Counted from the stretch's first letter, positions 19,871 through 30,033 are shown. The stretch is 64,000 nt of DNA from Phycisphaerae bacterium (GCA_002709295.1 PAQL01000012.1:171717-235716), one strand, 5' to 3'. The notes: generated from the letters alone by a model not told the origin. Program-made: numbers and translations.

Positions 19871-20412
19871 TCCTCAGTCTCCCTGACTTCACGAATTCGC
19901 ATTGGCATGGCGTCCACCAGATCGAAGACCGCCTCCGGATCCACGAGCTCGGACCAGCGTGCCTTCACGCCTCCGTCCTTGCCCACCAGAGCGGCCGCGA
20001 TCCCCTGATGCCCGGATTCCAGTCCGTATCGATCGACCAGCAGATGCTCCACGCCCGAGGAGAAGCTCTCCCCGACCGGTCCTCCATCGACGAATCGATC
20101 GACCACCAGGCCTCCGTCGGTGGTCAGAAGGACGAGTTTCATCTCCCGATCCACCCACGCGGCCTCGCGGGATTCCACCAGCGAGGCCTGCTCGGCGAGC
20201 AGGGCGTCTCGATCGCTCCGGACCACGAGCAGTCGATGCCGCCATCGCCATCGGTCCACCAGTCGATCAGTCGTCGAACGATCCGACTCCGACATCACGG
20301 CCTCCTTCGCGCCCCTCCGACCCGCATCGGTTCGCGGCTCCGGATCGGAGCCGTGGCAACCGCACAGCAGCGCCGCAGCGATCGACGCGACTCCGGCCGC
20401 CCGGATCCTCAC
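19867..20412 (-). CDS. DUF4174-like secreted/lipoprotein
   Basis: GTG 20412 (VRIRAAGVASIAAALLCGC) overlaps the tricorn stop (GTGA), and its own stop overlaps the sulfatase ATG (ATGA). The RHRLLVV...REMKLVLL pattern resembles DUF4174. Alternative ATG at 20295. Confidence 0.5.
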   Translation of the reverse strand: MRIRAAGVASIAAALLCGCHGSDPEPRTDAGRRGAKEAVMSESDRSTTDRLVDRWRWRHRLLVVRSDRDALLAEQASLVESREAAWVDREMKLVLLTTDGGLVVDRFVDGGPVGESFSSGVEHLLVDRYGLESGHQGIAAALVGKDGGVKARWSELVDPEAVFDLVDAMPMRIREVRETEE

Positions 20413-23400
20413 GGCGATTCCGAGTCGATGCGCCGGAGCAGATCCTCGACCGCGGCCTTGAGCTGGAGATCCTCGTCCGCGGCCTCGGACTCGGGCGTCT
20501 GTTCGACCACGATGTCGGGCATCGCACCGTTGTTCTCCATGTCGGTGCCGTCGGGCAGATACCAGCCTCGGAAGGGAAGTCGGATGGACGTCCCGTCGAT
20601 GAGCGAGGTGCCTCCCGTCGAGATCACGCTTCCATGGGTCTGCTGACCGACGAGGGTCCCTCGATCGAAGGTCTTGAAGGCATGGGAGATGATCTCGGCG
20701 TTCGAGTAGCTCTTCTCGTTGCAGAGCATGTTGATCGGAAGCGAGTATCGCTGGATGAACAGTCGATCCTGGGGGTATCGACCGGTCTTCGTGGAATCGG
20801 CTCCACGAGGAACGGTGTAGGCGTGGGGCCGGGTCATGATCGACGCGAGAAGTCGATCCGTGGTCCACCCGCCACCGTTGTCACGAACATCGATCAGAAG
20901 ACCCTCGCGGCCGTCGGCGGCGGCGAAGAGATCTCGCTCGAACTCGTCGAGCGACGTCTGATTCATGCCGCGGATGTGGGCATAACCGAGACGGCCGTCG
21001 GACCACTCCTTCACGAGATCGGCGCGTCGGCGCTGGGTGTCGCGGTAGACGAGCATCATCTCCGCACCTCGGGAGAACGGCTCGATGAGCAGATCCAGCT
21101 TCATCGGTTCGCCACCGTCCCCGGCCCGTCGAACGGTGACCACGGTCTCGGCTCCGATCCGACCACGGAGATGGGTGTTGATCGTGTCCGGAGGCGACGC
21201 TTCGAGATCCAGCGGCTGGAACTCGATGCCGATGATCTCGTCTCCGATCTCGATCGGGGTGTCGGACGTCTCCGCCGGGCTCATGGGAATGATGCGCACC
21301 ACCCGATAGCCGTCGGCGACCGGTTCGACGCGGACGCCGAGCCGACCGATGGTCTCCCGGACATCCATCGGTTCCGATGGGGCCCGGATCGACTGATGGC
21401 TGGCACTGAGCTCCCCGAGAAGCCGGTTGCCGACCCAGTTGAACTCGTCCGCGGTGCGGGCCTTGCGGGCGAGCTCGTGATAGCGATCGGTCAGGGCCGC
21501 CCAGTCCAGACCCTTCATCTCCGGGTGATAGAAGAACTCGCCCATGATCGCGGCCGCCTCGAGGAACTTCTCACTCGACTGGGTCGCGAGATCGACGCGG
21601 ATCTTCTGACTGATCGGATAGCCCCGGGCCTTGCCCGTGGAGATCGTGATGGACTCGGCCCGACCTCCGTCGACCGCGATCAGACTCGCTCCCGTGAGAT
21701 CGAGTCCCTGCATGCCGACGGTGTCGCCGAGGCGCTTCCGACCGCTGCCGTCCCAGCCGATCGAGTGAAGACCACTCGCCGACGGGGCGCTGGTGGAGTA
21801 GTTGAAGAGGATCGTGTCGCCCGCGGGGACGAGTTCGATGGAGGACGAACTTCCCGGCAGGTTCGTGACCTGACGAACCCTGAGATAGGCGGTCTCGAGA
21901 TCCTCGTCGGTGAAGGGGACCTCCTCGGCCTCCTTCTCCGGTTCCTCCTCCCCGTTGCGCCGCGCCGCCAGTCGCTTGCGAAGCTTGTCGGGATCGAGAG
22001 GCTTTCGTCCCTTCGCGGCCTTCTCCTGCTTCTCGAAGTACTCGTCCAGTTCGGGCTCTGCGAGTCCCTGGAGGCTTCGGTCGAGGAACACGATGTACGG
22101 GTCGTACTCCTCGTTGTTGCGCTCGCTCGAGAAGGCGAGGATCCTTCCGTCTCCGGAGAGGCGGGGAGAGCCGTCGTTGTCGGGGTGCCGGGTGATGTTG
22201 ACCGGTTCCCGTCCGCCGTCGGCGGGAACCATGAAGACGTCGCGATTGAAGTTCATGTCCGACTGGGCGAAGACCACCCAGCGGGAATCGTGACTCCATC
22301 GGAAGTCGACCCCGGTGTCCCAGCCCGCTCGCAGCAGGCGATCCTCGCCGGTCGCGAGGTCTCGGATGTGGATGTCTCCCAGACCGCTCAGAAACGCGAG
22401 CGACATGCCGTCCGGGGACGGGGTGGCCATGTGGGCGCCATCCTCCGTCTCGATCATGGGCTTGATGTCGAACCGGAGAGCATCGGCCCAGCGTTCGGGA
22501 TCGAGCAACGGGTCGGGCTTCTCCTCGGCCTCCTTCTCGTCGGCCTCGTCTTCACCGGCGTCCTCGTCGGCGTCCCCGTCATCGGAGCCCGCCGCTTCCT
22601 CACCGGCCGGCTTCGGCACGGCCACACGGGAACCACTCAGGGTTCCACTGCTGCCGTCTTCGAGGGTGCCGGTTCCGGTGATCTCGCCGTTCTTGACCAC
22701 CAGTTCGAGATCGGCGTCGGCAACGCCCTCCGTGCTGCTCGTGAAGGCAAGGGACAGCGTCATGCTCTTGGGATCGAACGTGCCGTTCAGCGAACCCTCG
22801 AAGAGGTCGCTGGTCATGGTGCCGGTGACCCGGTCGTCCGAGTCGAGATTCAGGACCAGGGTGGCCTGGAACTCGCCGACCTGGGAATGCGTGATCAGGC
22901 ACTCCCAGGTACCGACGACCGGATCCCCGTCGCCGGCGACGGGTTCGTCATCGGACTTCTCGGAGGCCGCCGCGTCCTCGGTCTCGCTCTCGGCATCGGT
23001 CTCCGATGACTCGTCGTCCTCCTCGGAAGCCTCCTCCTCCTCAGGTTCGGTGAGATCGGTGTAGGAACTGCGAAGCTCCTCCCGGGTCGTGGTCACGGTC
23101 GCCGCCATGATCCGCCTTCGGCCCGCCGAGACCTCGGTGAAGTAGAGCGTCGTGCCGTCGGGGCTCCAGGCGATCTCCGACTCACGGCCATGGGTCGACG
23201 TGACCCTCCGCGTCGGGGCGCCGCTCTCGGTCGCCCGGACCAGGACTTCGCCGTAGGAGACGACCGCGACGGATTTGCCATCGGGGTTCATGGCCGCCTC
23301 GCCCACTCGACTGGAGATGTTGATGATCTCGACGTCGTCGAGCGAGTCCTCGGGGGCCGTGAGCAGGATCGGCTTCGGAACGGGATCCTCCTCGGAGAGA

Positions 23401-24326
23401 TCGAGTCCGTAGAGGGTGTCCCAGCGATGCAGGACGATCCGGTCGCCGGAGGGCGTGGCATCGAAGGAGGCGACGTCGATCTCCTCGAACGAGGTCAGGG
23501 GCCTCGTCGCTCCGTCGCTCAGAGCCATCCGCTGGATGTTGTGGGTGTCGCCCTCCCGATCGGAGAGGAAGAGCACGGCCTCGTCACCCGCCCAACGAGC
23601 CGCCATGTCGTTGCCTTCCCAGTCCGTGAGCTGCCGGAAGGTGTCCAGCGACTGATCGTGAACCCAGACGTTCCTGCGGTCGGCTCCGCGATAGTGACGC
23701 CGGTGAGGTCGGACGTTCCCACGCTCGAAGGCGACGAGGCTGCCATCAGGACTCCGAACCGCCCGGCTCCCGAACGCGCCGTGAACCTGCCGGGGCTCCC
23801 CACCGCGAATCGAGACCTCGAAGGGCCGGGGCGACCGGTGGACATCGCCCTCCAGATACGCGGAAAAAAGCACCTGCGTCTCGCCATCGACATCCACGCC
23901 GACGCCGGAAAGGCCTGCGGAGGTGTCCAGATCGGTGATTCGCCGGATGTTCGACCCGTCGGGACGCATCGCCCAGAGGTTCACAACCCCGTCTCGGTCA
24001 CTCTCGAAGACGATTTCGGAACCGTCCGGCGTCCAATACGAATCGTGTTCACGGCCGGGATGGCTGGTCAGCCGGACCGCCTGGCCCCCTTCGAACGGCA
24101 CCGTCCAGAGATCGCCACGCCAGCTGAAGACGACCGTGGCCCCGTCGGGACTGATCGAGGGGAACCTGGGGAGATCGACATTGCCGTCCGCTGCCATGGC
24201 CGGAAGCGGGGTCATTGCCATGAGCATCATGGCCAGGAAGGTCCTGAAGAGCGCGAACTTCGGTCGCTCGGCATCGTCTGCAGGAGTGGATGGAGAGGGC
24301 GATCTGGTGTCGGATCGGTCGGCCAT
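20409..24326 (-). CDS. tricorn-type protease homologue (TolB-like propellers + PDZ + S41 peptidase), 1305 aa
   Basis: ATG 24326: MADRS...LPRFPSISPDGATVVFSWRGDLWTV. Several WD40-like blades, and C-terminal S41 signature LLIDVRDNGGGWTTD...GTLVGQQTHG. Confidence 0.85.
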   Translation of the reverse strand: MADRSDTRSPSPSTPADDAERPKFALFRTFLAMMLMAMTPLPAMAADGNVDLPRFPSISPDGATVVFSWRGDLWTVPFEGGQAVRLTSHPGREHDSYWTPDGSEIVFESDRDGVVNLWAMRPDGSNIRRITDLDTSAGLSGVGVDVDGETQVLFSAYLEGDVHRSPRPFEVSIRGGEPRQVHGAFGSRAVRSPDGSLVAFERGNVRPHRRHYRGADRRNVWVHDQSLDTFRQLTDWEGNDMAARWAGDEAVLFLSDREGDTHNIQRMALSDGATRPLTSFEEIDVASFDATPSGDRIVLHRWDTLYGLDLSEEDPVPKPILLTAPEDSLDDVEIINISSRVGEAAMNPDGKSVAVVSYGEVLVRATESGAPTRRVTSTHGRESEIAWSPDGTTLYFTEVSAGRRRIMAATVTTTREELRSSYTDLTEPEEEEASEEDDESSETDAESETEDAAASEKSDDEPVAGDGDPVVGTWECLITHSQVGEFQATLVLNLDSDDRVTGTMTSDLFEGSLNGTFDPKSMTLSLAFTSSTEGVADADLELVVKNGEITGTGTLEDGSSGTLSGSRVAVPKPAGEEAAGSDDGDADEDAGEDEADEKEAEEKPDPLLDPERWADALRFDIKPMIETEDGAHMATPSPDGMSLAFLSGLGDIHIRDLATGEDRLLRAGWDTGVDFRWSHDSRWVVFAQSDMNFNRDVFMVPADGGREPVNITRHPDNDGSPRLSGDGRILAFSSERNNEEYDPYIVFLDRSLQGLAEPELDEYFEKQEKAAKGRKPLDPDKLRKRLAARRNGEEEPEKEAEEVPFTDEDLETAYLRVRQVTNLPGSSSSIELVPAGDTILFNYSTSAPSASGLHSIGWDGSGRKRLGDTVGMQGLDLTGASLIAVDGGRAESITISTGKARGYPISQKIRVDLATQSSEKFLEAAAIMGEFFYHPEMKGLDWAALTDRYHELARKARTADEFNWVGNRLLGELSASHQSIRAPSEPMDVRETIGRLGVRVEPVADGYRVVRIIPMSPAETSDTPIEIGDEIIGIEFQPLDLEASPPDTINTHLRGRIGAETVVTVRRAGDGGEPMKLDLLIEPFSRGAEMMLVYRDTQRRRADLVKEWSDGRLGYAHIRGMNQTSLDEFERDLFAAADGREGLLIDVRDNGGGWTTDRLLASIMTRPHAYTVPRGADSTKTGRYPQDRLFIQRYSLPINMLCNEKSYSNAEIISHAFKTFDRGTLVGQQTHGSVISTGGTSLIDGTSIRLPFRGWYLPDGTDMENNGAMPDIVVEQTPESEAADEDLQLKAAVEDLLRRIDSESP

Positions 24327-24561
24327 CTGGGTTTCGGAGCCTCTGAGATGAATGAAATCGAAAAGCATGGACGTCCTCACTCCGTCGAGTCTATCCACGT
24401 CGATCCCTGCGGTTCTCGCGATCCGGGATTCGGTCTGTACCGACTGGCCGGGCTCGGTGGCCGGGTCCGGGGACTGAACGGCCGGGAAGTCGGGATCAGG
24501 TCGAAGATCAGGTCTCAGCAACCCGATGCCCCATTCACAACCCCAGGGAGGGCATGAAATC

Positions 24562-24879
24562 ATGGATCTGCACGAGAATGACAAGACGGAACGACTCCGG
24601 TCGGTGCTGAAGCGGATGGAGCGGTCGATCGACGACGCTCGGACTCGCCGGACTCGCGGCTCGATGCCGGAGGCCCCCGGCCATGTGGAGGACCGGCCGC
24701 TTGGTTCCCGGACCCAGCACGGCTCGAGTTTCGACCCTCTGGACACGCCGATCGCCGATTCGGACATCAAGCAGGACGCCACGACGACGCAGCCGCGATC
24801 GGTTCGAGACGAGCGGTCGATGTTCGACTTCAACGGTCCTCGACTGAAGGCCCGGGCCAAGCGACGCAGCGCGAGCTGA
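24562..24879 (+). CDS. small hypothetical protein (105 aa), predicted disordered/basic
   Basis: GGGAGGG Shine-Dalgarno 9 nt upstream of ATG 24562 (MDLHENDKTERLRSVLKRMERSIDDAR...). Lies in a 600-bp divergent intergenic region. Confidence 0.45.
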   Translation: MDLHENDKTERLRSVLKRMERSIDDARTRRTRGSMPEAPGHVEDRPLGSRTQHGSSFDPLDTPIADSDIKQDATTTQPRSVRDERSMFDFNGPRLKARAKRRSAS

Positions 24880-24930
24880 AGCAGGCCGGGAGGCGGGTGA
24901 CGATCGTCCCGAGGGAGTAGCATCCTCGGG

Positions 24931-26022
24931 ATGGAATCAGAGACCCTCGACTTTCTCAGACGCCTCCTGGACACCCCTTCCCCGTCCGGCCACGAAGCCG
25001 ACGGCCAGAGGATCTGGGTGGATCACGTTCGAGCAGCGGCCGACCGCGTCTGGAACGACGCCTACGGAAACTGCTTCGCCCGCATCGACTGCAATCACTC
25101 CGACGCCCCGACCGTCGCGATCTGCGGCCATGCCGATGAAATCGGTCTCATGGTCAACAACATCGACGACAAGGGCTTCGTCTACTGCCGGCAGATCGGT
25201 GGAATGGACCCCGGCTCGATCGTCGGGAAACGGATCCGTTTCCGATCCTCGGTCGCAGGGGCCGAAGAGACCGTCGACGGCGTGATCGGCGCCACCGCCA
25301 TCCATCTTCAGGATCGCAGCGGTGATGCCAAGGTCAGGAAGCTCCACGAGCTGTTCATCGACATCGGATCTCGCAGCCGTGAGGAGGCCCTCGAACGCCT
25401 CAACATCGGTGATGCGGGCGTCTTCACCGACGGCTCGATGCTCGTCGGCGAGGACCGGATCGTCGCGCGGGGCCTGGACAACCGGATCGGCACCTGGGCC
25501 GCGGCGGAAAGCCTCGTCAGGCTCGCGGAGATCCGGGACGAACTCCAATGCAACGTCGTGGCAGTGAGCACCGTCCAGGAAGAGGTCGGTCTCCATGGTG
25601 CGGCGATGATCGCCGAAGGTCTCAAGCCGGATGTCGCCCTGGTCACGGACGTCGGCCACGCCACCGACACTCCGGGCATCGACCGGAACCGTCACGGCGA
25701 CTTCCGTCTCGGAGGCGGGCCGAAGATCGCCATCGGCGGCCCCGCCCAGCCCCTCGTGGTGGAACGGCTCATTGCAGCCGCGGCCTCCGAGGAGATCACC
25801 ATCCAGAGAACCGCGACGCCGGGCCGGACCGGAACCGACACCGATGCGATCTTCCTGCGCAACGGCGGCATCCCCTGCGGCCTGGTGAGTCTGCCCATCC
25901 GGTACATGCACACCACCGTCGAGACCACGAGCCTCGACGACCTCGAGTCGATCGCAAGGATCTTCGTTCGCTTCTGTCGGGACCTTCCCGCCGGTCACGA
26001 CTTCACACCTGCGATCGCCTGA
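24931..26022 (+). CDS. M42 family metallopeptidase (FrvX/glutamyl aminopeptidase-like)
   Basis: LDFLRRLLDTPSPSGHE, ICGHADEIGLMV, VQEEVGLHGA. Confidence 0.88.
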   Translation: MESETLDFLRRLLDTPSPSGHEADGQRIWVDHVRAAADRVWNDAYGNCFARIDCNHSDAPTVAICGHADEIGLMVNNIDDKGFVYCRQIGGMDPGSIVGKRIRFRSSVAGAEETVDGVIGATAIHLQDRSGDAKVRKLHELFIDIGSRSREEALERLNIGDAGVFTDGSMLVGEDRIVARGLDNRIGTWAAAESLVRLAEIRDELQCNVVAVSTVQEEVGLHGAAMIAEGLKPDVALVTDVGHATDTPGIDRNRHGDFRLGGGPKIAIGGPAQPLVVERLIAAAASEEITIQRTATPGRTGTDTDAIFLRNGGIPCGLVSLPIRYMHTTVETTSLDDLESIARIFVRFCRDLPAGHDFTPAIA

Positions 26023-26039
26023 GCACGGGGCCCAGTTCA

Positions 26040-26666
26040 ATGATCCGTTTTCTCAAACAGTCCATCACGAACTTCCGTCACACCGGCGCGCTGTGCCCGA
26101 GCGGGCGAATGCTGGCGAAGGAGATGACTCGTTCGATCAAGGAACACGACGGGCCGCGGCGTCTGCTCGAAGTGGGTCCCGGAACGGGCTCCTTCACCCG
26201 GCCGATCCTGAAGTGCCTCAAGCCGGGCGACCGTTTCGACATCGTCGAGATCAACCCTGAATTCTGCCGGCAGCTCGAGGAGAGGGCCCTCACCGAGTTT
26301 CGTGCGATGAACCCCGGCATCGAGGTCAATCTCCATCAGTCGCCGATCGAGTCCGCGGACATCCCCGGAAACTACGACCACATCGTGTGCGGACTTCCGT
26401 TCAACAACTTCGAGCCGTCGCTGGTCCGAAGCATCTTCAAGCGGATGATCGAACTTCTCGCCCCCGGCGGCGATCTCTGCTACTTCGAGTACGCGGCGGT
26501 TCGAGCCATCAAGGCTCCGCTGACCCAGTCCTCGACCCGAGCGGGCCTGCGACGCATCGAGGCTCACGGGCGTTCGATGATGCGACGACACCGGGGCAGG
26601 CGGCAGCTTGTCTTCAGCAACATCCCGCCCGCAGTCGCCATTCGTCTCCAGCGAGCGACCGCCTGA
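26040..26666 (+). CDS. class I SAM-dependent methyltransferase, phospholipid N-methyltransferase (PmtA/COG3963)-like
   Basis: FLKQSITNFRHTGALCPSGRMLAKEM N-terminus plus LLEVGPGTGSFT. ATG 26040 inside ORF 25548..26666. Confidence 0.7.
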   Translation: MIRFLKQSITNFRHTGALCPSGRMLAKEMTRSIKEHDGPRRLLEVGPGTGSFTRPILKCLKPGDRFDIVEINPEFCRQLEERALTEFRAMNPGIEVNLHQSPIESADIPGNYDHIVCGLPFNNFEPSLVRSIFKRMIELLAPGGDLCYFEYAAVRAIKAPLTQSSTRAGLRRIEAHGRSMMRRHRGRRQLVFSNIPPAVAIRLQRATA

Positions 26667-26691
26667 ACCCCGATCACGGCACCTCACGACC

Positions 26692-27930
26692 ATGGCCCAC
26701 GTCAACGAGCATTACCTGAAGCTGGCCGGGGCCTACCTCTTCCCCGAGATCGCACGCCGGGTGAAGGCATGTGCGGACCGGCGGCCGGATGTCGCCGATC
26801 GGATCATCCGCTGCGGCATCGGCGACGTACCGGGCCCGATCGTTCCCGCGGTGGCCTCGGCGATGCACGACGCGATCGACGAACTCGCGTCCATCGAGAC
26901 CTTCCGCGGCTATCCCCCGGCCACGGGATACGACTTCCTGCGGGAGGCGATCGCCGAACACGACTTCCGAAGCCGAGGGGCCCCGATCGATGATGACGAG
27001 ATCTTCGTCAGCGACGGATCGAAGGGGGATTGCGGTCACTTCCTCGAGATCCTCGGCCCGAACAACATCGTCGGCCTTCCGGATCCCGTCTATCCGGTGT
27101 ACGTGGACACGAACGTGATGGCCGGCCGCACCGGATCCGCCCTCGAGGGAGGTGGCTACGAGGGCCTTCGCACCCTGCCCGCCACCGTCGAGAACGGATT
27201 CGTGCCCGAGCCGCCGGACGAGCACGTCGACATCGCCTACCTGTGCTTCCCGAACAATCCGACGGGCTCGATGATCGACCGCCCCCGTCTCGAGGCATGG
27301 GTGAGATGGGCGAACGAACACGACGCCATCATCCTGTACGACGCCGCCTATGCGGACTTCATCCGCGATCCCTCGAAGCCGCGGTCGATCTTCGAGATCC
27401 CCGGCGCGAGGACCTGCGCCGTCGAGTTCCGGAGCTTCTCCAAGCATGGAGCGTTCACCGGAGTGCGATGCGGCTACACGGTGGTTCCGAAGGAACTCGA
27501 GGGCCGATCCGCGGATCGCGAGGGGATCTCCCTCCATTCGCTCTGGACGAGACGGTGGACGACCCGTGCCAACGGAGTCTCGTGGCCGGTGCAGTGCGGC
27601 GCCGCGGCGCTCTACACACCGGATGGTCGGGACCAGACCGCCGAGGTCGTCACTCGCTACATGGATCATGCACGTCTGCTCGCCGATGGCTGCCGGTCGT
27701 TGGGATGGCAGGTTCACGGCGGCGAGGACGCCCCGTTCGTGTGGACCTCCAGCCCCGGAGGAGAGGACAGCTGGAGCCTGTTCGAACGGATTCTCGAGGA
27801 AGCCGCGATCGTCGTCACCCCCGGCGTCGGTTTCGGTCGCATGGGCGAGGGTTTCATCCGAATCAGCGCCTTCAACACCCGGGAACGGATCGACGAGGTC
27901 GTGGATCGACTCGGGAATCTCGGCGGCTGA
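26692..27930 (+). CDS. dapL: LL-diaminopimelate aminotransferase
   Basis: MAHVNEHYLKLAGAYLFPEIARRV...CGIGDV, and SFSKHGAFTGVRCGY (PLP lysine). Confidence 0.9.
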   Translation: MAHVNEHYLKLAGAYLFPEIARRVKACADRRPDVADRIIRCGIGDVPGPIVPAVASAMHDAIDELASIETFRGYPPATGYDFLREAIAEHDFRSRGAPIDDDEIFVSDGSKGDCGHFLEILGPNNIVGLPDPVYPVYVDTNVMAGRTGSALEGGGYEGLRTLPATVENGFVPEPPDEHVDIAYLCFPNNPTGSMIDRPRLEAWVRWANEHDAIILYDAAYADFIRDPSKPRSIFEIPGARTCAVEFRSFSKHGAFTGVRCGYTVVPKELEGRSADREGISLHSLWTRRWTTRANGVSWPVQCGAAALYTPDGRDQTAEVVTRYMDHARLLADGCRSLGWQVHGGEDAPFVWTSSPGGEDSWSLFERILEEAAIVVTPGVGFGRMGEGFIRISAFNTRERIDEVVDRLGNLGG

Positions 27931-27947
27931 CCGCGACGAGCCCTCAC

Positions 27948-27985
27948 GAAAACCGGCGGCCTCCCGCATCACGAGAGGCCGCCGA
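27948..27985 (-). terminator. hairpin terminator between convergent genes
   Basis: CCGGCGGCCTC-11 nt loop-GAGGCCGCCG. On the minus strand it is followed by GTTTTCG. Lies downstream of 28018..29229 and also just after the dapL stop. Confidence 0.5.
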
Positions 27986-28017
27986 GGTGACGGGAACACC
28001 GTTCTTGTCCGCCGGAC

Positions 28018-29229
28018 TCAGCCGGTCGCCTCGACTCCGATCGGGAATCGATCCAGAAGACTGTTCAGCACGGCCTCCCGACTCGTTCCCGGCATGGGAA
28101 TGCTGTCGAGGAGATCGTTGATGTTGGACGGGATGCCCTCGTGCCCCATCTTCAGGAGGGACGCCTCGACCCGGTCCGCGATCGCCGCGGTCTCGGCGTG
28201 GGGCGTGGTCTCGAATCGGTCGAAGCCCCATCGCTGATTGGCGTCCCGGATCGGGTCGTCCATCATCCCGCCGCCGAAACGAGACTGCCAGCCGGAGATG
28301 TAGTCCCGGAGACCGACCTGGTCGACCATGCCCTCGTTGTTCTGGAAGCCTTCGAGACGTTCCTGGATGACCGCGGCGATCTCGCTGCGAGTCACGAATC
28401 CGTCACCGTCGGCGTCGAACCGCTCGCCGCCCATTCCGTTGACGCCCAGCAGCGACACCGGGATCCGGCCGTCACCGTCGGCATCGAATCGGGACATCAC
28501 GGTCTCCGCAAGCTTCTCCGCCATGCGCCCGAATCCACCTTCGTTGTCACCGGGTTGCCTGGCGATCGGATCCTCGCCACCGAGAAGCTGGCCGAGATCG
28601 GTGCCGTCGACGATGCCGTCTCCATTGAAGTCGAATTCAGGATCATTGGTGCCCCAGGCACCCATGAACCGCTCGATGACCGTCGGATCGACGTCCGGTC
28701 CGTCCTCGAGCTGCTGGAGATAGACCCCGAGATCGGCTCCATCGACCACACCGTCACTGTTGAGGTCGTACTCGGGATCAGCCCCGCCCCAGGCTTCCGC
28801 GAAGCCCTCGATGGTCAGCTCGGCGGATGCGGTCTCGCCATCCGTGTCCCCGACCGAATCGAGATGCATGCCGAGGTCGACACCATTGACGATGCCGTCA
28901 CCGTTGAGGTCCCAGTCGGGATCCGCGGTTCCCCACGCGCCCAGAAGCGCGTCGAGATCACTTTCGCCGGATGCAGCCGCGGTCTGGGCCGCAAGGAAGA
29001 GTCCGAGATCCTCTCCATCCACGGTTCCGGAGCCGTCGATGTCGAAGTTCGTGTCTCCACTGCCCCATGCCTCCATGAAGTCGTTGATGTCGACGACGGT
29101 CGAGGCGGCGGTCGGTGGCATCGATTGCACGGGCTCCTCCGTCTGCAACGGACGAGCGCCGGTGGTCCCACGAGACGTGGGGTTCATGGCGGGATTCAGC
29201 ATGTCGGGTCGACTGGCACCAATGTGCAT
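28018..29229 (-). CDS. dockerin/EF-hand-like repeat protein
   Basis: Four repeats of AWG-x-x-D-P/T-x-[FWY]-D-[ILF]-[DN]-[GS]-[DS]-G-x-V-[DN]-G-x-DLG, then two DADGDG EF-hand loops. No signal peptide seen. Confidence 0.75.
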   Translation of the reverse strand: MHIGASRPDMLNPAMNPTSRGTTGARPLQTEEPVQSMPPTAASTVVDINDFMEAWGSGDTNFDIDGSGTVDGEDLGLFLAAQTAAASGESDLDALLGAWGTADPDWDLNGDGIVNGVDLGMHLDSVGDTDGETASAELTIEGFAEAWGGADPEYDLNSDGVVDGADLGVYLQQLEDGPDVDPTVIERFMGAWGTNDPEFDFNGDGIVDGTDLGQLLGGEDPIARQPGDNEGGFGRMAEKLAETVMSRFDADGDGRIPVSLLGVNGMGGERFDADGDGFVTRSEIAAVIQERLEGFQNNEGMVDQVGLRDYISGWQSRFGGGMMDDPIRDANQRWGFDRFETTPHAETAAIADRVEASLLKMGHEGIPSNINDLLDSIPMPGTSREAVLNSLLDRFPIGVEATG

Positions 29230-29376
29230 GGCGGGTCTCCGGTTGTTTCACGAGTGGAACCCGGATGATGCAACCCCCATGCCAGGCCCTTCACGATGCC
29301 TGGACCCCCCCGGGGATCGTTCAAAATCCATGGTTGCGCACGAATCGCCGAGGACCGGACCGAAGGATGCGCAGTT

Positions 29377-30033
<657 letters not shown>

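Noticed and set aside
19902-23009. 1035-aa plus-strand ORF, with similar giants at 49092..52676 (1194 aa), 38734..40665 (643 aa), 47452..49068, 46110..47597, 15640..17148, 33697..35151 and 24937..26040
   Set aside because: Each lies antisense to, or out of frame with, a gene that has unmistakable conserved motifs (tricorn, carB, purL, nuoH, radA, SNF2, TPR/nfo, M42). Their translations are Arg/Gly/Asp/Pro/His-rich low-information strings, typical of shadow ORFs in high-GC DNA.
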